DNA of 59,141 nt, filler included. It is 5 parts of 5 records of this genome, joined end to end, with 100 filler letters (N's around TTAATTAATTAA, not from the genome) between each part and the next. Parts side by side here need not be neighbours in the genome. Positions count along the whole stretch, not along the records: positions 42,571 to 52,869 come from SRR20825019_1357; positions 52,970 to 59,141 come from SRR20825019_1363; 3 more parts are not named here. One strand, 5' to 3'. A program made the translations under genes and the position numbers. The number at the start of each line of letters is the position of its first letter. Within the stretch, counting starts at the first letter, position 1. Shown in pieces: positions 45,746 through 56,000 of the stretch. The notes beneath the pieces are model-generated. The model was not told the origin of the DNA. It saw only the letters and a program-made list of their open reading frames with translations, and searched no databases.

Positions 45746-48373
45746 ATGCAAACCCTATTTAAAGGAAACATGTCCAAGATGACGCTGCGGGATGTCAAAC
45801 AGAGCCACTCCCATCAACGAAACGTGGACCGTAATTCCCGATCTGCTGTCACAGCCAATTCTCAGATGGGCAGCGTCTCTAACCTCTACCCACTTCACGT
45901 TGACCCCTCTGCGGCGGTTCACTGCTATGAGATCTCTGTGCGCAAGAAGACTGCCTCTGGTGTTATCAGTGTCGCTCCTTCGAATGCCTGGAGGGTCTAC
46001 TCTCGGTATCTTCAGCAGCACTCTACCTCTCCCCACGTCCAAGTTGGCCATCGTATCTACTCCCAAAACCCATTCCCAACCGACGCTCTCAAGTTACCAC
46101 ATGATCTCCATGATCTGAGCTGGCAGAGTTGCTCCCTTATCCCCAAGGGCCAGTCCAAGATTCAGTCTTTATCCGACGATGAGTGCCAGAACCTTGTTAA
46201 CAAGTTGCTACCTTGGTCTGTCAAGGATCAGAAGGGCTTCAGCTCAGTCCGAGAGCGTGATGGGAAAGTCACCTGTACCGAGGGTGGGATTGATGTAGGT
46301 GGGCTGTACATTTTCAATGGTGTTACTGCCCATGCACTCTTCACCACCAACACCAATGTTACCCGCCCACTCCACATTACCCAAACGGATTTACTTTCGT
46401 CTGTGGCCATCGGTACAAATCAAGTTCTCGTGTTTACCGTCACAAGTGTTGATGAAACCCTGGAGGTGGGGGGCCGTTCAGTGAGGACGTTTACTCTCAA
46501 GGATGCATGTACTTCCAAGACTCTCCGAGTTTGGGACCAGCCTGCGCTGCAACTGGAAGTTGGTGTTTCCTACAAGTCCATTGGTCTCAATGGAGTGGCC
46601 TCCAACGACATCATTGAGCTTCAAGGTGTTCACAACAGTACGTTTGAACCTCTCGTTACCGCAGCTGTTGACACTGATGTTGATCAGCGAGAGAACCTCT
46701 CAGTTCGCCTCGACACCAAGTGCACCGTGCTCTCAGAGCGAAGCCTATGGGACGAAGTCAAGCACCACTTTGGCCCGCCTCCATACACCCGAGATGTCCA
46801 ACAGCAGCTCAATGCTGCTGTGGAGAGGATGCCCGTAGTTGCTTCGAATTCCCTCAAGCATGGCGTCGTTCGGATTCTTTCATTCAACATTAAGAGCTAC
46901 AGCGACATTCCACTTGATGCTGACATCTTGGCCTGCGTCTCCGCCCTTGAGCCCAATCAACCATTCGCCATCCTCAATGACTTCAGTGTCTGGCCTCTTC
47001 AAGCCCTTCACTGTTGCTTCGACCCAACCGTTCGTGCGTGGCAGGACATCTCAGTTGCAGCGTGTTCGTTTTTCCCAACTAAGCGTGCCCAACTTCTTTC
47101 AACAATGTGTGACAGTTTGGCAGTGGGTCTCGATAAGTGGGGTGTTGAACTTACCAAGCAGCCTCTCGTCACCCATGACATCGCTCTGTTGCGTCCAGTG
47201 TACAAGCCCAAGGGTCAACAGAAGCTTGCAGCTGCCTCCCGTTCACTTATCTCTCTAACCCCATCTCCCACGCAGACCATCGTTATTGGTGTACCTGGTG
47301 CCCGTGCGTCCTCCAAGCAAAAGGAGCTCACAGCCTCCACGGTTGCAGGTATGGCTCACTCCTTCTCTACTCCCCATGCCGTTGTTGCTTCATCCGAAGT
47401 TGAAGCAGTCCGTATGATGGACGACATCCTTCAACAGATCGGTGCCGGCGCTATTGCACCCTCGATTCTATTTTTTACATCCAACCGTGATAGCCGCGCT
47501 GCATACTGGCTCCGTGCCCAGGCCCTCAAGAGGGGTGTCGTTCCAGTTCTCGCCCCACCCACCTTGAAAACCGGCCTCCTTGCCGGGAACCTCCGTCGGA
47601 ACATCCAGAGTAAGTTTACGTCCAACCCAGCTTCGGATGTGGCACTCTACGAGCGTTGTCCTTTCCTAGGACGCAAGCGTGTGCTGTGCATTGGCATCGA
47701 CACCTGCCACACCGACACGGTCTCCACCGGTGCGGCGGTTGGACTTCTGATGACACCCACCGGCAATGTCGTGATCCCCAACTTCTGGCGTAATGATGTG
47801 CGTGGTCAAGAGCTGGAGAATGTTACTGGTGGATTCAAGGCCGTTGTTGACGAGGCAATGACTCTTGGCCACGGTCTCGATGAGGTCATTGTCTTCCAAG
47901 ACGGTAATGTATTCAGCGAACTTCAGTCGATGAAGAGTGCTGTCCCTGCCGAGGTAGGTCTGTCCTTTATGTGTCTTCACAAGCGAACCAATATCCGTTT
48001 TATGCACGACAACGGACAGACCCAAGCGAACCATGTTCGGGGTACTATCATTCAGTCCCTTACCCCTGCTGCCAGGAACAGTACCTCCGTTGCTCCCTCC
48101 TTCTTCCTTCAGGCCCACGACTCAAACATGTCCACTGCACGCGGTGTCCAGTATACGGTCCATGCACTCAGCCCCAAGCTTCCCCTCAACCAAGTACAGG
48201 ATCTTGCATTCGCTCTGAGCCACATCCACTCCGTCCTTCCCACAAAGCTACCATTCCCCACACGGTGTGCTCACCGCCTGTCCTCCCTGACAGAGCGTCT
48301 TATCGATGCCTGCCCTGACTTTTCTCCCACTAACCTTAACGAGTCAGTGCGACACCGCCTTTGGTTCATCTAG
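45746..48373 (+). CDS. Kinetoplastid PIWI-like Argonaute (PIWI-tryp)
   Basis: SNLYPL N-terminal strand; PIWI domain IGIDTCH, QELE, VFQDG, LHKRTNIRF, FFLQAH..STAR..QY, PTRCAHRL, LWFI C-terminus; central OB-fold-like segment. Confidence 0.9.
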   Translation: MQTLFKGNMSKMTLRDVKQSHSHQRNVDRNSRSAVTANSQMGSVSNLYPLHVDPSAAVHCYEISVRKKTASGVISVAPSNAWRVYSRYLQQHSTSPHVQVGHRIYSQNPFPTDALKLPHDLHDLSWQSCSLIPKGQSKIQSLSDDECQNLVNKLLPWSVKDQKGFSSVRERDGKVTCTEGGIDVGGLYIFNGVTAHALFTTNTNVTRPLHITQTDLLSSVAIGTNQVLVFTVTSVDETLEVGGRSVRTFTLKDACTSKTLRVWDQPALQLEVGVSYKSIGLNGVASNDIIELQGVHNSTFEPLVTAAVDTDVDQRENLSVRLDTKCTVLSERSLWDEVKHHFGPPPYTRDVQQQLNAAVERMPVVASNSLKHGVVRILSFNIKSYSDIPLDADILACVSALEPNQPFAILNDFSVWPLQALHCCFDPTVRAWQDISVAACSFFPTKRAQLLSTMCDSLAVGLDKWGVELTKQPLVTHDIALLRPVYKPKGQQKLAAASRSLISLTPSPTQTIVIGVPGARASSKQKELTASTVAGMAHSFSTPHAVVASSEVEAVRMMDDILQQIGAGAIAPSILFFTSNRDSRAAYWLRAQALKRGVVPVLAPPTLKTGLLAGNLRRNIQSKFTSNPASDVALYERCPFLGRKRVLCIGIDTCHTDTVSTGAAVGLLMTPTGNVVIPNFWRNDVRGQELENVTGGFKAVVDEAMTLGHGLDEVIVFQDGNVFSELQSMKSAVPAEVGLSFMCLHKRTNIRFMHDNGQTQANHVRGTIIQSLTPAARNSTSVAPSFFLQAHDSNMSTARGVQYTVHALSPKLPLNQVQDLAFALSHIHSVLPTKLPFPTRCAHRLSSLTERLIDACPDFSPTNLNESVRHRLWFI

Positions 48374-48550
48374 TTAGCTGCTACGGTGATACCCCACACA
48401 AACAAACTAAACGTATTCGGTCATAGATATTCGTCAACCACAGTCAAAAAATGTACATATGTGTGTGTTTGCTCTGCAGCAAACTGTTGTTTAAATGTTC
48501 GTTACGTCTTTGTTTGTCTTATGTTTCAATTTTACCCTTTTCAAGTTATC

Positions 48551-49561
48551 ATGGAGTTGTTGAGCGTACGTACATGGAAGGCATATTTGGGCGTAATGTC
48601 CGTTGAGGACTTCCAAACCCTTGCATTTGCATTTGTAGTAACAGTTGGCTGTGGTGTTGCTATAGCCGGGGTCCTGTACTATGGTATTAGCGGTTATCGG
48701 AGGCAGATGCGTGCTAAGCGTCTGGTCATAAAGCGTGCCCCCAAGAAGGAGAAGGCAGCTGCCCCCAAGACGGAGGAGCCATCTGAACGGAGGTACATTC
48801 CCACCGGGGCCCAGTCTGTCCTCATCGAGCGTGGTAAGAGACAGCTTCAGGAGGGAGATGCTGAGAAGGCACTGGTAACCTATCTGTCCCTCCTCTACAC
48901 CGCCGTTGAGTCCAAGGATGACTCTGCACTGCCTGCGCAGCTAACAGACGTGTTACGTGGTGCTGCTGAGTGCTACAAACGACTAGGGCAGCCAGAGAAT
49001 GCTGTTAAGTTTTTACAGGCTGAGCGTCGTGTATTTGAGGAGGTGGTGGTCGGGGCTGCCAAGATGAGTGCCTCCGACGGCCGTACCTCCATACTCCAAT
49101 CCCTCCTCTCTAATGCAGGTAGCACCGAGGACATGCCAAAGCGGTGTGCCACCCTAACAACAGTGGCAGAGGCATGCACGAAGCTGGATCGCCACGATGT
49201 TGCCCTTGCCTACCGAGTCAAGGCGGCCGCAATGAAGCACAAGATCACGGGAAAGGGTATGGATGAGTCATCCCCCGAATTCCGTGCACTTGCCGAGGCG
49301 TTGGCAAAGGTCCAAAACACTGCCAACGGACCTGCATTGGCCAAGAGGGCCTTACAGGAGGCTACATCCGGGGAGAATGCCGTTCCCAAGGACAGCCCCC
49401 TTGTAGATCTTATTCTGAATAAGGTCCCCGAGGTGAGAAACGAAATCGCATCCTCCACCCCCACCCCCAAGTCCGCCAACTCTGCTGCTGCTGCTTCCAG
49501 TGCTCCCCCACCCCCCGCAACTGAGGTGACCAAGAAGAAGGGGAAGAAGGGGAAGAAGTAA
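48551..49561 (+). CDS. Single-pass membrane protein with TPR-like helices and a basic C-terminus
   Basis: TM LAFAFVVTVGCGVAIAGVLYY; AECYKRLGQPENAVKFLQAERR; ends KKKGKKGKK; ATG at 48551 follows a pyrimidine tract and AG. Confidence 0.7.
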   Translation: MELLSVRTWKAYLGVMSVEDFQTLAFAFVVTVGCGVAIAGVLYYGISGYRRQMRAKRLVIKRAPKKEKAAAPKTEEPSERRYIPTGAQSVLIERGKRQLQEGDAEKALVTYLSLLYTAVESKDDSALPAQLTDVLRGAAECYKRLGQPENAVKFLQAERRVFEEVVVGAAKMSASDGRTSILQSLLSNAGSTEDMPKRCATLTTVAEACTKLDRHDVALAYRVKAAAMKHKITGKGMDESSPEFRALAEALAKVQNTANGPALAKRALQEATSGENAVPKDSPLVDLILNKVPEVRNEIASSTPTPKSANSAAAASSAPPPPATEVTKKKGKKGKK

Positions 49562-49667
49562 ACACTATTTCATTTTTGTATGCATTCAAAATACTTTTAC
49601 AATATTTGAATACTGTGAAGTTTACATTTAGTGATTTAGCTCCTTTTCACTTTTATTTAGGGTTTGT

Positions 49668-51215
49668 ATGCGCTCGTGTGCTGCACTTTTTGCCAAGCGT
49701 CAAGTGGCGGTGGTGGGAGCAGGTCCAAGTGGATGCTACGTTGCGGACTATATTCTCAAGAAGGCGGACAACGTACATGTAGACGTCATTGAGCGACTCC
49801 CTGTCCCCTATGGGCTTGTGAGATACGGTGTTGCGCCCGACCATCCGGAAGTAAAGAATGTAGAGCAAAAGTTTACAACCCTCTTCGAGTCGGGAAAGGC
49901 AACGCTGCTCACCAACGTGGCAGTGGGGCGTGATGTGCGTGTTTCGGAACTGCAGGAACACTACGATGGTGTTGTTATTGCAACTGGTGCCGACACCGAC
50001 AGCCGCCTTCACATTCCGGGTTCCAACATGGGGAACATATTTTCCGCCCGCGACCTTGTGAGCTACTACAACACCGTTCCCTCCCCCTATGGAAATCCCC
50101 TACACTCTCCTGTCGATTTGGCCACATGCCGTCATGCTGTTATTATTGGAAATGGGAATGTAGCCCTCGACGTGGCCAGAGTGCTGTCTGCCTCCTACAA
50201 GCATTGGTGTCCCACAGATATGAATTGCCGCGCTATAAGGGACTTGATGAACAGCAATGTAAGGAAGGTGACTGTGGTGGGTCGAAGGGGGCATGAACAT
50301 GCAGCCTTTACCCTATCCGAGCTGCGAGAGCTCTCCAAGATGGGCGATAGTGGCGTGTTTGTGAAGGTCGACCCCTTTGATCTAGATACCGTAATTGGCC
50401 GATCCGATGGCTCCCGGGCTCGCTCCAGAATGCTGAAATTTATGCATGAGCTTTCAACAAACAATCAGACTGTCCCCGAAGGAGCAAAGGTTGTCGACTT
50501 CAAGTTCAACCTAACCCCCACTAGGTTCATGGGGCAGGAAGCGCGTCCTGAGAAGGTTGGCGGGGCGGTATTCGAACTCCGCAAGCCAGGAGAGGAGCCG
50601 GTTCAGATGGCGGTAAAGGCCGATGTGTTCTTCACTTCAATTGGGTACCGTTCCTCCCCGGTGAAGGGGGTACCGTTTGACGATGAGAAGGGTTTAATCC
50701 TCAATGAGAATGGTAGGGTGTTGGACGAGGGAAGGGTGGTCCCTGGGCTGTATTGCTGTGGCTGGATTAAGAGAGGGCCGAAGGGGGTGATCCTTCACGC
50801 CATGATGGACGCACAGGAAACTGCAAGCTGTGTCGTAGCGGACCTAGCTACCCACGGAGATCGAGAGTCATCTGGCAAGTTTGGCCTCATGGATGCGTTT
50901 AGTGCCAGGGGTGTTGTGCCCATGTCGATGCACAGCGTGAAGAAGATTTGGGAGACCGAGAAGGTACGCGGTGTCGAGTTGGGGAAGAAGTCGGAGAAGA
51001 TGAGTAATGTGCAGTCGATGGCTGACATCGCCATTGGCGGAAAGGTGGGCGCCATCGCCGATCGAAAGTTCCGAGGCGTGGCCGAGGCTCGACTGCCAGT
51101 GAATCAGCTATTGTCCGAGTTCCTCGACCCCGAGACCAGCGTTGCGACAGCTTCTACACAACAGAAACTAGAGATGCCCATGCTGTACCAAGGTAGCAAG
51201 CATTTGGACCGCTAA
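49668..51215 (+). CDS. NADPH:adrenodoxin (ferredoxin) oxidoreductase, mitochondrial
   Basis: VVGAGPSG, PYGLVRYGVAPDHPEVKN, IGNGNVALDVAR, SIGY, GWIKRGPKG. Confidence 0.93.
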   Translation: MRSCAALFAKRQVAVVGAGPSGCYVADYILKKADNVHVDVIERLPVPYGLVRYGVAPDHPEVKNVEQKFTTLFESGKATLLTNVAVGRDVRVSELQEHYDGVVIATGADTDSRLHIPGSNMGNIFSARDLVSYYNTVPSPYGNPLHSPVDLATCRHAVIIGNGNVALDVARVLSASYKHWCPTDMNCRAIRDLMNSNVRKVTVVGRRGHEHAAFTLSELRELSKMGDSGVFVKVDPFDLDTVIGRSDGSRARSRMLKFMHELSTNNQTVPEGAKVVDFKFNLTPTRFMGQEARPEKVGGAVFELRKPGEEPVQMAVKADVFFTSIGYRSSPVKGVPFDDEKGLILNENGRVLDEGRVVPGLYCCGWIKRGPKGVILHAMMDAQETASCVVADLATHGDRESSGKFGLMDAFSARGVVPMSMHSVKKIWETEKVRGVELGKKSEKMSNVQSMADIAIGGKVGAIADRKFRGVAEARLPVNQLLSEFLDPETSVATASTQQKLEMPMLYQGSKHLDR

Positions 51216-51324
51216 TAATACAATTTGCTTACTTTAGTAATTACTTTACTTGCTGTACTTTATACTTTTATTGTAACATCCCTGCGCTCTGTTAATTTAT
51301 TTACCCTCCACTTTTAGGACATGT

Positions 51325-52089
51325 ATGCGTCGTGTAACGAGACGATCAGTTGATACGTTGGGGCAATGCCGAACAATGAAGCACCCGTTCCAAATTGTCA
51401 TTGGCAACGGGGCCCTCACAGTAGCCAATGCTAAGGAGAGGGCTGCGTCGTGCTACATTAAGGGAAAGATACCGACCAACCGGTATCAGGTGGAGATGTT
51501 GTCTGTAGCCATCGGGCTCCTCCAGGCCGGTGAGTATATGGCCGCCCGGTCCAAGGCACTTAGCGCCCACGAATGGGCGGTTCTTAATCGAGGAGCGACA
51601 AGCGAGCTAGCCTACTTCACATCCGTAACAGCCGCCGAATGTTGTGAGCGGCTTGCTGCACAGATTGAGGCTAAACAGTTTGACGAACGACCACTAGTGC
51701 CAACGGAGGCTTTAACTCCATCAGCCAGTAAGGTGCTAAATAGCACTCGCTACATAGATAAGTTTAGAAAGGAGGCTGCCCAACTACGGGCCCTGGCTAC
51801 AAGGATACGAAACATGCCTGATAGGGCCTACATGAAGAGTGCCAACGAGAAGGCGCATGCACAGCGGACATGGGAGGACACCTCCTCCTCGACTCACTAC
51901 AACCAGGACTCATTCTACGAAGGGTCGGCCTCTAAGGCATACGATAGCGGCCCCAATACTGGAGGGGAGGAGCAGGCCCATAGCACTCGCTTTGGAAAGG
52001 GCTGGAAGGAGCGTAGAAAGCGTACCTACCACGATGAGGTACGCCGTCACCTTAGGAATGCCAATGTTAAAGTAAATGTCCCACGGTAA
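51325..52089 (+). CDS. Hypothetical protein, possibly mitochondrial
   Basis: Co-oriented ORF after a pyrimidine-AG acceptor; Arg-rich N-terminus MRRVTRRS. Confidence 0.65.
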   Translation: MRRVTRRSVDTLGQCRTMKHPFQIVIGNGALTVANAKERAASCYIKGKIPTNRYQVEMLSVAIGLLQAGEYMAARSKALSAHEWAVLNRGATSELAYFTSVTAAECCERLAAQIEAKQFDERPLVPTEALTPSASKVLNSTRYIDKFRKEAAQLRALATRIRNMPDRAYMKSANEKAHAQRTWEDTSSSTHYNQDSFYEGSASKAYDSGPNTGGEEQAHSTRFGKGWKERRKRTYHDEVRRHLRNANVKVNVPR

Positions 52090-52176
52090 ATTTCATAAAC
52101 ACCTTGATTGATTAAATGCTTTCGGTATTGAGATTGAATTGATACTACCCCTATCCCTCCCTAGTAGAATACTTAT

Positions 52177-52869
52177 ATGGCTCATCTTGCCGAGAAGGCT
52201 GAGGAGATTTCCTGCACTTTTGTGCGCTCCTACTACCGCGACCTGGTTGAGGCTGACACCGCCATCCTCACTCGCTACTACAACGACCAGTCCTGCCTAT
52301 CTGTTGCTACTGTTGAGTGCGATCGTGCCAACGAGTTCATCGTCGGCCGCAACAAGATCGGAGAGTTCTTCGACACCCTCCGCGCAACTCTCCTCGGAGG
52401 CGGAAAGAAGTTCGCTGTCCAGGTTCGCAACGTCGACTACGTTGCTGGTCGTGACTGCGTCAGCGTCACCTGCAGCGGTACCGTTGTGAGCTACCTTAAG
52501 AGCCGCGTCTTCACCCAGACCTTCATCCTCAACCCCACCCCCTACCGTGAGAACTCCTACTACATCAGTGGAGAGACCCTTCGCTACATCTCCTGCACTG
52601 ATGAGGAGGTCCCCGCCAACCACGTCGTTGTGTCCCAGGCCGAGCTTGATCAGATCAAGACCAAGGCTGCTGCCCACGTCGATGCTGAGGAGTTCGAGGC
52701 TGTCCGCCCCGCTCCTGCCGCCCATGTCTCCGAGCGCCCCGCCCGCAAGGAGAAGAAGAGCCACGTCACCGATGCTGAGGAGCTCGCTGCTGTGCGCGCT
52801 GCCCCCATCCCCAAGAGGAACGCCGATGCCCCCGTTTCCGAGCGCCCCGCCCGCAAGGAGCGTGAGCCC
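52177..52869 (+). CDS. NTF2-like domain protein (G3BP-like architecture), 3'-truncated
   Basis: FVRSYY..L..YY...S, GRNKIGEF, VTCSG, FTQTFIL, YYISGETLRY; strong GC3 bias. Confidence 0.8.
52681..52860 (+). repeat. Intragenic imperfect tandem repeat
   Basis: TCCGAGCGCCCCGCCCGCAAGGAG at 52729 and 52837; GATGCTGAGGAG at 52681 and 52771. Confidence 0.8.
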
Positions 52870-52969
52870 NNNNNNNNNNNNNNNNNNNNNNNNNNNNNNN
52901 NNNNNNNNNNNNNTTAATTAATTAANNNNNNNNNNNNNNNNNNNNNNNNNNNNNNNNNNNNNNNNNNNN
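52870..52969. other. Artificial contig spacer
   Basis: N44-TTAATTAATTAA-N44. Confidence 0.98.
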
Positions 52970-52992
52970 GGGGGGGGGGGGGGGGGGGGGGG
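52970..52992. repeat. Poly-G tract at contig start
   Basis: 23 consecutive G. Confidence 0.9.
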
Positions 52993-53091
52993 TTGACTTC
53001 CGTCACTCCCTCACGTGAGGCTCAGATGCTGAGTGCACGGTAGAGAATTGAAATATCTGAATACTGCATCTGTTCGGAGTCTGTTGTCAGC

Positions 53092-56000
53092 ATGCCTTCT
53101 GCGAACAGAAGGGGAGGGCGAACCGCGGAGAAAGAAAACAGCCGACCCGAAGATCAGAAACTGCAGGCCAATATGGATAGCAGGAACACCAAGAAGTTCA
53201 TGATTCCTGTAGATAATAAGGCTTCTCCTCGTATCGGGGCCAGCAAGCCCCCAAACCCTATTTCCAAGTCTGATGGGCACAAAAAGTCCAATAGGAAGGA
53301 GAACAAGAAGAAGCAGAACAGCAAGAAACCACAAGCCGAGGATGGGAATGGTGGCACTCGCCATAATGAGCAACCGGAGCTGAAGGGTGAAATGGATATG
53401 CGTAAGCGTCTCTGGATGTACCTTCTGAGCAACCTGTATCGCGCGGTTGATGAAATTTATAACCTGTGTGAGCTTGAGGGAGATAAGGAACTGACAGAGG
53501 AAGCGATTAAGAACCTGGACTCGTGTGGTACTCACTTCCGTAACCTCATTGCTACTTTTGAGATTCAGGAGGAGTTTGGGAAAGAAGATAATAAGCAGCC
53601 TATTGCCTGGAGTGTGCGGAAGCCATCCCCTCAACACAGGATTCCTCCCCCCCCCCTTGTTGTTGGTAGCCCGGTGAAAACATGGGCACAGAAGCTATTT
53701 GTCCGCCAGGGTGAGAATGCCATCGAAACGGAGATGGACCTGGCTGATGAAGGGGTTGAAGAGTTTGAACTGTCCCCAACCGAACCAGTGGATGATGACT
53801 GCTCGGCATGGATTACTCCAGGCCTCCGCGAGAAAAAGATATCGTGGGCAGATGTTATGGACGGGGAACCTTCCACGTCAGGGTTTTTGTCTGATTCCAC
53901 CGCGCGGCGGCTCCACGACAAGTTGTCCTCTCCAGAGCGGATGAGGTCAACATCGTCGCCTGAGTTGCGCAAGAAGCACGAGGAGAAGCAACTCCGTGCC
54001 CACAGCAACAGGAGGGAGCTTGAGAATGAACGCAAGAAGAAAGCCCAGGCGACCTCTGATAAGTTGAAGAAGGTTGAGGTCACCCAGCATTTGAAACGCC
54101 AAAGCACAGCTACCACTCTTGTGGACAAGCTTGACAAAGCGGAGATGAAACGAGAAGAATTTTTGAATAATGTCATTAAGAAGGCAGAAAGCGAGCGGAT
54201 GAAGGTCGAGGAGGTTGAGTTCATCAATTCTCTTAGCACTCAGAACAAACGCCTTTCAATTGAGGAGAAGTTGCAAGGGAGCCATGAGCGCCGTACCCAG
54301 CACTTGGAAGCTGTAAAGAAGAATTTGAACGAGCAACTCTCCAAGGAGGAGGCTGCCAGGGAGAGGAGGAAGCTCATGGAAGAAGAAAAGGAGAAAAGAA
54401 AAAAATCGCTCGAGCAGCGCTTGGAGGAGTCTGAACAAAGGAGGCAAGAGGTCATGCGCGAACGTCTGTCAACAACGGCGTCGGCGGAAAAGGAGGAGGC
54501 AGCCCGGGCTAGACGCGAGAGCTTGGAACACGAGCGCCTCAAAAAGTTGAAAGAGAAACAGATGAAGCGTGAAGAGGCTCGTGCTGCGCTTAAGGTGCCC
54601 GGGACTACCCAGGAAGATAGCCCTGGATCGCCTGGCAAGGGCAAAAGGGTAGCCCGTACCCCTGCTTCCGAGGAATGTGGCAAGCCGGTAACACCGCGAC
54701 ATGAGGCTTCAGGCGCACCTGTGGCCACTCCAATTCGCGAGGAAGGGACGATTCGCAAGCATTGCCGTGCATGCAGCCTCGAGATCACATCAGAAGAGTA
54801 TTTGCAGACACATCTTGGAGGGAAACGCCACGCGAATGCCGTGGCATCTGGAAAGTTTGAGCGCGATGCAGACAATGTGCCCATTAACGTTATTGTGGAT
54901 GTTTCCGTTGAGGAGGCCGAGGCTGATGGACAAAATGGAGAGGAAGATGCTCAGAAGCTGCGGTGGAGAAAGAAAGCCAAGAAGATCAAGGCTAGGTTGG
55001 CAGCATCCGTTGTACCATTCGAAGAGCCACTTAATGTTCCCGAATCTACATCCAAATCTCGCCTCAACAAGACACTGCATGAGCTCGCCCGCCAAATGGA
55101 CAAGAAGACGTTTGAGTACGAAGTGGTTGAAACGGCTTTGTCTGAGCTGGGAAGGATCTTGGAGCAATGCCGTGAGGCTGATATTGCTCACACGCGCCGG
55201 TCCCGGGGGCTCCACTCTCTGGTAAGCCTGTGCTCTAGACAGGATCAAGTTTCCGCTCGTCTGCTATGTTTGGCAACTCGCAGTATTTCCTTCCTAACCT
55301 CTGATCCGGTCGTATGCTATATGATGCTGGCACAGAACATGGTCGCTCCCCTTGTCCGTCTTTTGGCCGACCGTATCAAAGCACCAAAGTCCATCGATCT
55401 TCCAAGCGAAGAGGCTCCTTTGCCCACAATTCTCCTAGCGTTGATTAATATTGTCCGGTACGAGCCTGCAACACCTGCTCTCGCAGCCATTCAGGAAGAC
55501 ATAATTTGCTACGCGATTTCGTGTGGGTTGGTCCACCGTATTCGGGACAAGTTCTGTTCGGTGAAGATATCCTTGTCCGACTACAACAAGGAAACGCCCG
55601 TGATCGTCTTTAGGGCTATGTCACTTCTGGAAGCCATCACGCTTAAATTGAGACCATCTCCTCCACGTGTCGGTGGCGAGCCGTCGTCTTTGAGCTCAGC
55701 TGCCGATCTTCTCAAGATTGCCATGAGAGAGACTGAGCATGCAGGTATCATCTCTTTATTGACTTGCATCCTTCTCGCCGGCGGCCCTGCGCATCGACCA
55801 TCGTCCCCTCGCCAGATTCCGAGTAATGTGATGGCCATTTCAACGTCAGCATTACGCGCTCTAAACCATCTTGCACTTATTGACGTCCAAGCTGTCCAGG
55901 AGAAAATTGGCTCTGTTTTCCGTGTGGAGTTCCTTCATGTTGCTATTTACCTTATTACCTTCTGTGCGGATCGCTCAATCCGGTCGGAGGAGAACAGGGA

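Noticed and set aside
15239-52869. Spliced-leader RNA gene, tRNAs or stop-codon reassignment
   Set aside because: No SL or tRNA-like sequence seen by eye; long ORFs are intact in the standard code
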